Of a stretch of DNA of 35,113 nt, positions 29,754 to 35,113 are shown in pieces. Made by a program: the position numbers and the translations under genes. This DNA comes from a virus, in the IMG/VR virus record IMGVR_UViG_637000270_000013; one strand, given 5' to 3'. Under the pieces are notes generated by a model, which was not told the origin of the DNA, did no database searches, and worked only from the letters and a program-made list of their open reading frames with translations. The first letter of the stretch is position 1. Each line of letters starts with the position of its first letter.

Positions 29754-30302
29754 ATGAGTGATAGTTCAATTATTGAGGCGCTGCTTGCAGCGGTAGAGCA
29801 AAAACTGAGCGAAGTTAAGGCCAGGCTGCAAAAGACCGAATCCACGCAGCCCTTCAAGATTGAAGCAGGCAAGGTTTTCATCGAAGAAGCACCGATAAAG
29901 AATGCTGTGATTAGAGCTGCGTCAGATGGATGCATCACGGCTAATCGCGAGGCGATTGTCGAGAATGCGGTGCGCATAGCGAATATGCTTGGCATGAATG
30001 CAGTCAACGCTCACGCGGGAAAATACGATGAAATGCAGTTGCGGAAAATGGCACTGCGCAGAAATGAGATACTCGATAGCATAGCCGACGCGTTAACGCC
30101 ACGTGAGGGTTACCGGTGCCGCGATTTCGATATGCGTAAACTGGGGCGTGTTCTTGGACAGATGCAAGCCCTGGCAGAGCTTCAGGCATTGATCGAAGTT
30201 AACGATCGCGGACTGGAAGCTAAAGAAAAAATCTTCGAAGAGCTAACCATCCACCGTTTAAAAAATTCCCCATTCCAGAAAGTTGGGGAGCGCCATGCGT
30301 AG
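29754..30302 (+). CDS. Hypothetical protein
   Basis: Intact 182-aa ORF with GAGGA SD. Confidence 0.65.
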   Translation: MSDSSIIEALLAAVEQKLSEVKARLQKTESTQPFKIEAGKVFIEEAPIKNAVIRAASDGCITANREAIVENAVRIANMLGMNAVNAHAGKYDEMQLRKMALRRNEILDSIADALTPREGYRCRDFDMRKLGRVLGQMQALAELQALIEVNDRGLEAKEKIFEELTIHRLKNSPFQKVGERHA

Positions 30303-30356
30303 ACTATGTCCGTTAATGCCGGGGCTTGTTGTTCCTGATCGTCTCAGAGGTTATTA

Positions 30357-30876
30357 TGTTTCTTCAGAGTTATAACTTTTTTGAGACTGGAATGAGTATA
30401 ACCTACGCAGATATCAGGGAGTATAAAGTAAAGATAGACCGGCAATATGATGTTCGACGGTCTAAGTTACAAAAACTCGGGTATAAACTTGTCAAAGAGT
30501 ATAAAAAATCGCTTTGTCTACCTGCCGAGAGATGGCGGGATAGTAAAGGTGTTGACAGACCCTATGTATCGGTAGGACATTTAAATGAAGACGGAGCATT
30601 CCAGAAAACTACGCTGGCTGCTATAAACCTTACCGACGACTATACGCTCACCTTTAAAGTTTCAACTGTTATTGATGACCAGCCATTAACCGGTGGAAAG
30701 CAATTTTTGTCCACTATATCAATGCTATATAGGGATGGAATGCTAAATGTTGATGTCGGTCATTGTCAGAGGTCGATAATTGTTGCCGTCCAGGAAGAGG
30801 AAGATGCTTTCATAGAGGTTTGTTTAACAATGAAACAAATCATCATATCTGCACTCAGTGATACACGTTTAGAGTG
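30357..30876 (+). CDS. Hypothetical moron-like protein (start uncertain)
   Basis: Intact AT-rich ORF followed by a terminator. Confidence 0.65.
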
Positions 30877-30916
30877 ATTTTTCACCCCGCCAGACGCTAA
30901 TCTGGCACTTATTTTG

Positions 30917-30943
30917 AAGGCTACGCCCCGGCGTGGCCTTTTT
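30917..30943 (+). terminator. Intrinsic terminator
   Basis: AAGGCTACGC-CCCG-GCGTGGCCTT followed by a T run. Confidence 0.75.
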
Positions 30944-30971
30944 GCTGTCTGGTGAATGAAAATATTCAGTG

Positions 30972-32218
<1,247 letters not shown>

Positions 32219-32275
32219 GCAACCGACATGAAGTATTTGACGCTGGCGCCCATTAAGAGAATAATCTTCGGCGTT

Positions 32276-32351
32276 GGGTCGTTAGCTCAGTTGGCAGAGC
32301 AGTTGACTCTTAATCAATTGGTCGTAGGTTCAAGCCCTACACGACCCACCA
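32276..32351 (+). tRNA. tRNA-Lys (anticodon CTT)
   Basis: 76-nt cloverleaf, GTTGA-CTCTTAA-TCAAT anticodon arm, A73 and CCA; TTGACG-17-AATAAT upstream. Confidence 0.95.
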
Positions 32352-32418
32352 ATATTTCAATAAGTTAGATTCCCTCTCGTCCGGTTGTAAAATCACCCTG
32401 TGTCGTATTTGTGTCGCA

Positions 32419-32770
32419 CTACGCGAAAATGCTGTCGATGTGTCGTGCGTGATTAGTAAAATGATTAGGAGAAAAGTGAGTATATCTCCTCACCATTACT
32501 GTCGATTCGCCGCATTTGATTTCTGGTAATGCAGATAATGGAACTGCCGAACGTATCAACCCGTACGCCCAGGTATGCCGTAGGTCGTAAAAACGAGAAT
32601 CCATAATTCCGGCGTGCTGAAGGCACAAGGCTAAGCCTTATTACTATCGACACGCATTTTCTTAGTTGTGGAGCTAGAGTTCCATCTGGTAATGCATGGC
32701 GTCTGATAAATAAACACTCTGCGGTTATGCTTCGCCATTTTACTGCGCAAGGTACACCAAGCCGTGTCAA
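32419..32770 (-). pseudogene. Tyrosine integrase C-terminal relic
   Basis: '[10 protein letters not shown]...VPLSAL...[24 protein letters not shown]'; converges on the tRNA; TGTGTCG repeats at ~32399-32416. Confidence 0.85.
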
Positions 32771-33480
32771 TGAGTGCCACCCTTAAGGGGCGGCTGCCTT
32801 TAGTGTTCTCTGGATGTATTCAGGTCATCCTCCTCTGCATGTTGCGCTGTGACCATTCGAGATGGAGGATTTTGACCTCCGTAAGCCGGTAGCGAGGGCA
32901 AACACGACAACGGCCTTAAAGTAATTTGACAACTCGTCAATCAAGCACTTTGCTTCTGCTGTGATGAGCGATGATATCCTTTCCTCGCGTGACGCCTGGG
33001 TTTTTCACATTGGCACAGAGTCCAGTTAACTCCATTCCGTCGCTGCCATCCTAAGCTATGTTCGCATAACTGCTTTACGCGAATACCATTATCATTGGGT
33101 ATTTGGTCGTTCCATGAACTCAAGCCCTGGCTTACCTTCTCTTGCTAATCTAGCTCTTAGTTTTACTCACCGCCCACGATGTGCCCTTTTTGACCTCTGG
33201 GAAAATGCATTTCAAATCCGATCATCGTTTATCTCAGAAAGCGGAGCGCCGCATAAGTGTGGCGGAGAAATCCAATCTGCAAGCGGGATTTCCAAGACGA
33301 AATACCACTCATATCTGCCCGGTGATCCTAATATTGAAAACGAGGTGGGAATCAGCACAGGGTTACTACAGGCTTCCCCCATACTAAATAATTGTCATTG
33401 CTAGGGGATTCTCATAAAGACTTACCATTGAATATATGCTGGACCAGACACTGTTTTCAAACGTTAAGACAACCTCAAAT

Positions 33481-33651
33481 TTATAAAATTGATAACAAAT
33501 TTGCTTTAGGGTTTAAAGGAACATTTTCCTTTAAATACCCTATCATTTCAGAGTGGGGAAAGGTATGTGCAGCTTTATTTTCATAAATCCTTTGCAATCT
33601 ATTTTCAACAGTACGATGTGATATGCTAAGTTTTGTCGCTATTTCCTTATT
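33481..33651 (-). pseudogene. LuxR-type HTH remnant (not in the ORF track)
   Basis: 'NKEIATKLSISHRTVENRLQRIYENK' with no upstream domain. Confidence 0.6.
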
Positions 33652-33746
33652 GCCGCCGGTGTTAGTGACGTTCCGCCAGAGGAATGCCAGAAGTCATTCG
33701 CTTTAGTTAAAGTTGTTTATGACGTTTGCTTATTGGCGTTGAACCG

Positions 33747-34460
33747 TCACCAGAAAAAATTTACGCCAGACTGTAACAATTTTTTGGGTATATAGCGATT
33801 ATGGCCGAATTGACGACCATACTCTATTAATGCGCTAAGGCTATTTATGCCCAATTTATTATAAAGAGTTTTCAATCGCTTCTCTACCGTCCGTAATGAA
33901 AGGTGCAAATTTTGTGCTATCCCCTTTTTATCCATGCGCTGCATAGCATAAAATAGGATATCCAATTCTTTTTCATTAAAGGTACTGTCAGGCTGATTAA
34001 GGGTAATCACTGACGGTGAAAGCTCGCGGAAAAAATCACACAGGTGAATAAGTTCAAATTTTTTCTGGTAGAGCATTGTTCCTATAACATTCCCTTCGTG
34101 ATCATAAAGAGGGAATTTTGGCGTATAAAAGGGTGCCAACAGACCCTGACGACCAAAATAGGAGGTAATAATGGTTTCCGTGCCTTCTTTGCTGGCTTCT
34201 GCTTTTCTGTCTTGGGCTCGAATCTCCTCGGCGAATTCAGAGCAGGGATGAGGTAATTCTTCATCTGTTCGACCTTCAAAATCGAAACCTACCGGCAGAT
34301 TGAGAAAGTCTACAGCTGCGTTATTCATATATACAATTCTTGATTCCGAATCCTTGATCGCCCAGGGAATAGAGGCGTGCTCCATTATGGCAATGATGGG
34401 GATTTTGCCGAGGGATTCGGTATTTAGCACGACGTCCGCTGATGCGTTGCTACACTCCAT
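33747..34460 (-). CDS. PAS_4-LuxR family transcriptional regulator
   Basis: PAS 'PWAIKDSESRIVYMNNAA...EGRTDEEL'; HTH 'KKGIAQNLHLSLRTVEKRL'. Confidence 0.9.
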   Translation of the reverse strand: MECSNASADVVLNTESLGKIPIIAIMEHASIPWAIKDSESRIVYMNNAAVDFLNLPVGFDFEGRTDEELPHPCSEFAEEIRAQDRKAEASKEGTETIITSYFGRQGLLAPFYTPKFPLYDHEGNVIGTMLYQKKFELIHLCDFFRELSPSVITLNQPDSTFNEKELDILFYAMQRMDKKGIAQNLHLSLRTVEKRLKTLYNKLGINSLSALIEYGRQFGHNRYIPKKLLQSGVNFFW

Positions 34461-35113
34461 GATTATCTCTCTTTGAAAGGTAATGTCTTTTGTATCCTCT
34501 TCACCTTGCGAGAATAAAAATTACATAGGTTTCAGTAGGGGTAAAGAGTATTCCACCCTCGATAAGACATCTGGCCAAAGAAAACTAACGCGTATCCTTT
34601 GCCCTGAAGAGATATCCGGCAGGGGGAGCATAATCTGTCAATTTCTCTCGCAGCAAGGCAGACGAGCGTGACAATCATGAAATTGCCGTTGCTCGACGGC
34701 CTGTTTTTTGCGATATGGGGTTTAGCCTATGCCAGGCGCGTGTAAAATAAAGCGTGGCAAGCAACGGCCAAAAACACTTTGATAATGCATTTAGATTGGA
34801 AATAGGACGCGGCGCCGGGATGAGGCATAACTACCGTGCCTGACGTTAGAATAACGTTTATTAGTTAAGTCCCCAGGGGAACCAGGAGGGCGTGAGTAGG
34901 TACATCACCAACTCGAGCGCCAGCACCACGATTAGCAATACACCTAATTTATGTCGGCAAATCTATTTTTGCATAATGTACCCGGATTCTTTTTTCTAAA
35001 CGAGGAGATTTATAAGGCTTAATGCCAGCCTGCTAACGAGAAGTTGCGCGTCACTAGTCAGGGAGCTCGCTCGCTTGTCAGCAGGCGCTGAGGGTCCAGC
35101 AGGCTCTGGCCAG

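Noticed and set aside
32800-33470. Short ORFs on both strands
   Set aside because: No recognisable motifs; probably eroded DNA
34480-35113. Possible genes upstream of the LuxR regulator
   Set aside because: No convincing ORF or RNA structure identified by eye

Overview
Decaying prophage region of an enterobacterial genome. Heavy pseudogenisation, IS256/IS110/IS903-type elements and a PAS-LuxR gene suggest a Sodalis-like insect symbiont, which is an inference. Two related APSE-like prophage remnants lie in the same orientation and are joined at an IS256 that lacks a target duplication. Prophage A (1-19764) has integrase, excisionase, SNF2 helicase, an antirepressor island, VRR-NUC, family A DNA polymerase, DUF2815/DUF2800, cI/cro, primase-VirE, a Q remnant, morons, a lysis cassette and a truncated small terminase. 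Prophage B (20988-~30950) repeats the antirepressor island, VRR-NUC/polymerase, a different cI/cro pair and a primase. No head or tail genes remain. The right end holds IS remnants, tRNA-Lys(CTT), an integrase relic and a PAS-LuxR regulator. Comparing the two copies shows several things the ORF track misses: (1) two c4-type antisense RNA switches with co-varied specificity; (2) a conserved tRNA-like gene with an expanded anticodon arm, each copy behind its own promoter-like site; (3) two unrelated DNA-binding genes that both begin at ATA; (4) two pairings of a small Pro-rich peptide with a membrane protein in cargo slots; (5) a heptamer repeat at the start of a decayed gene just before the holin; (6) an IS110 too short to hold a normal bridge RNA.
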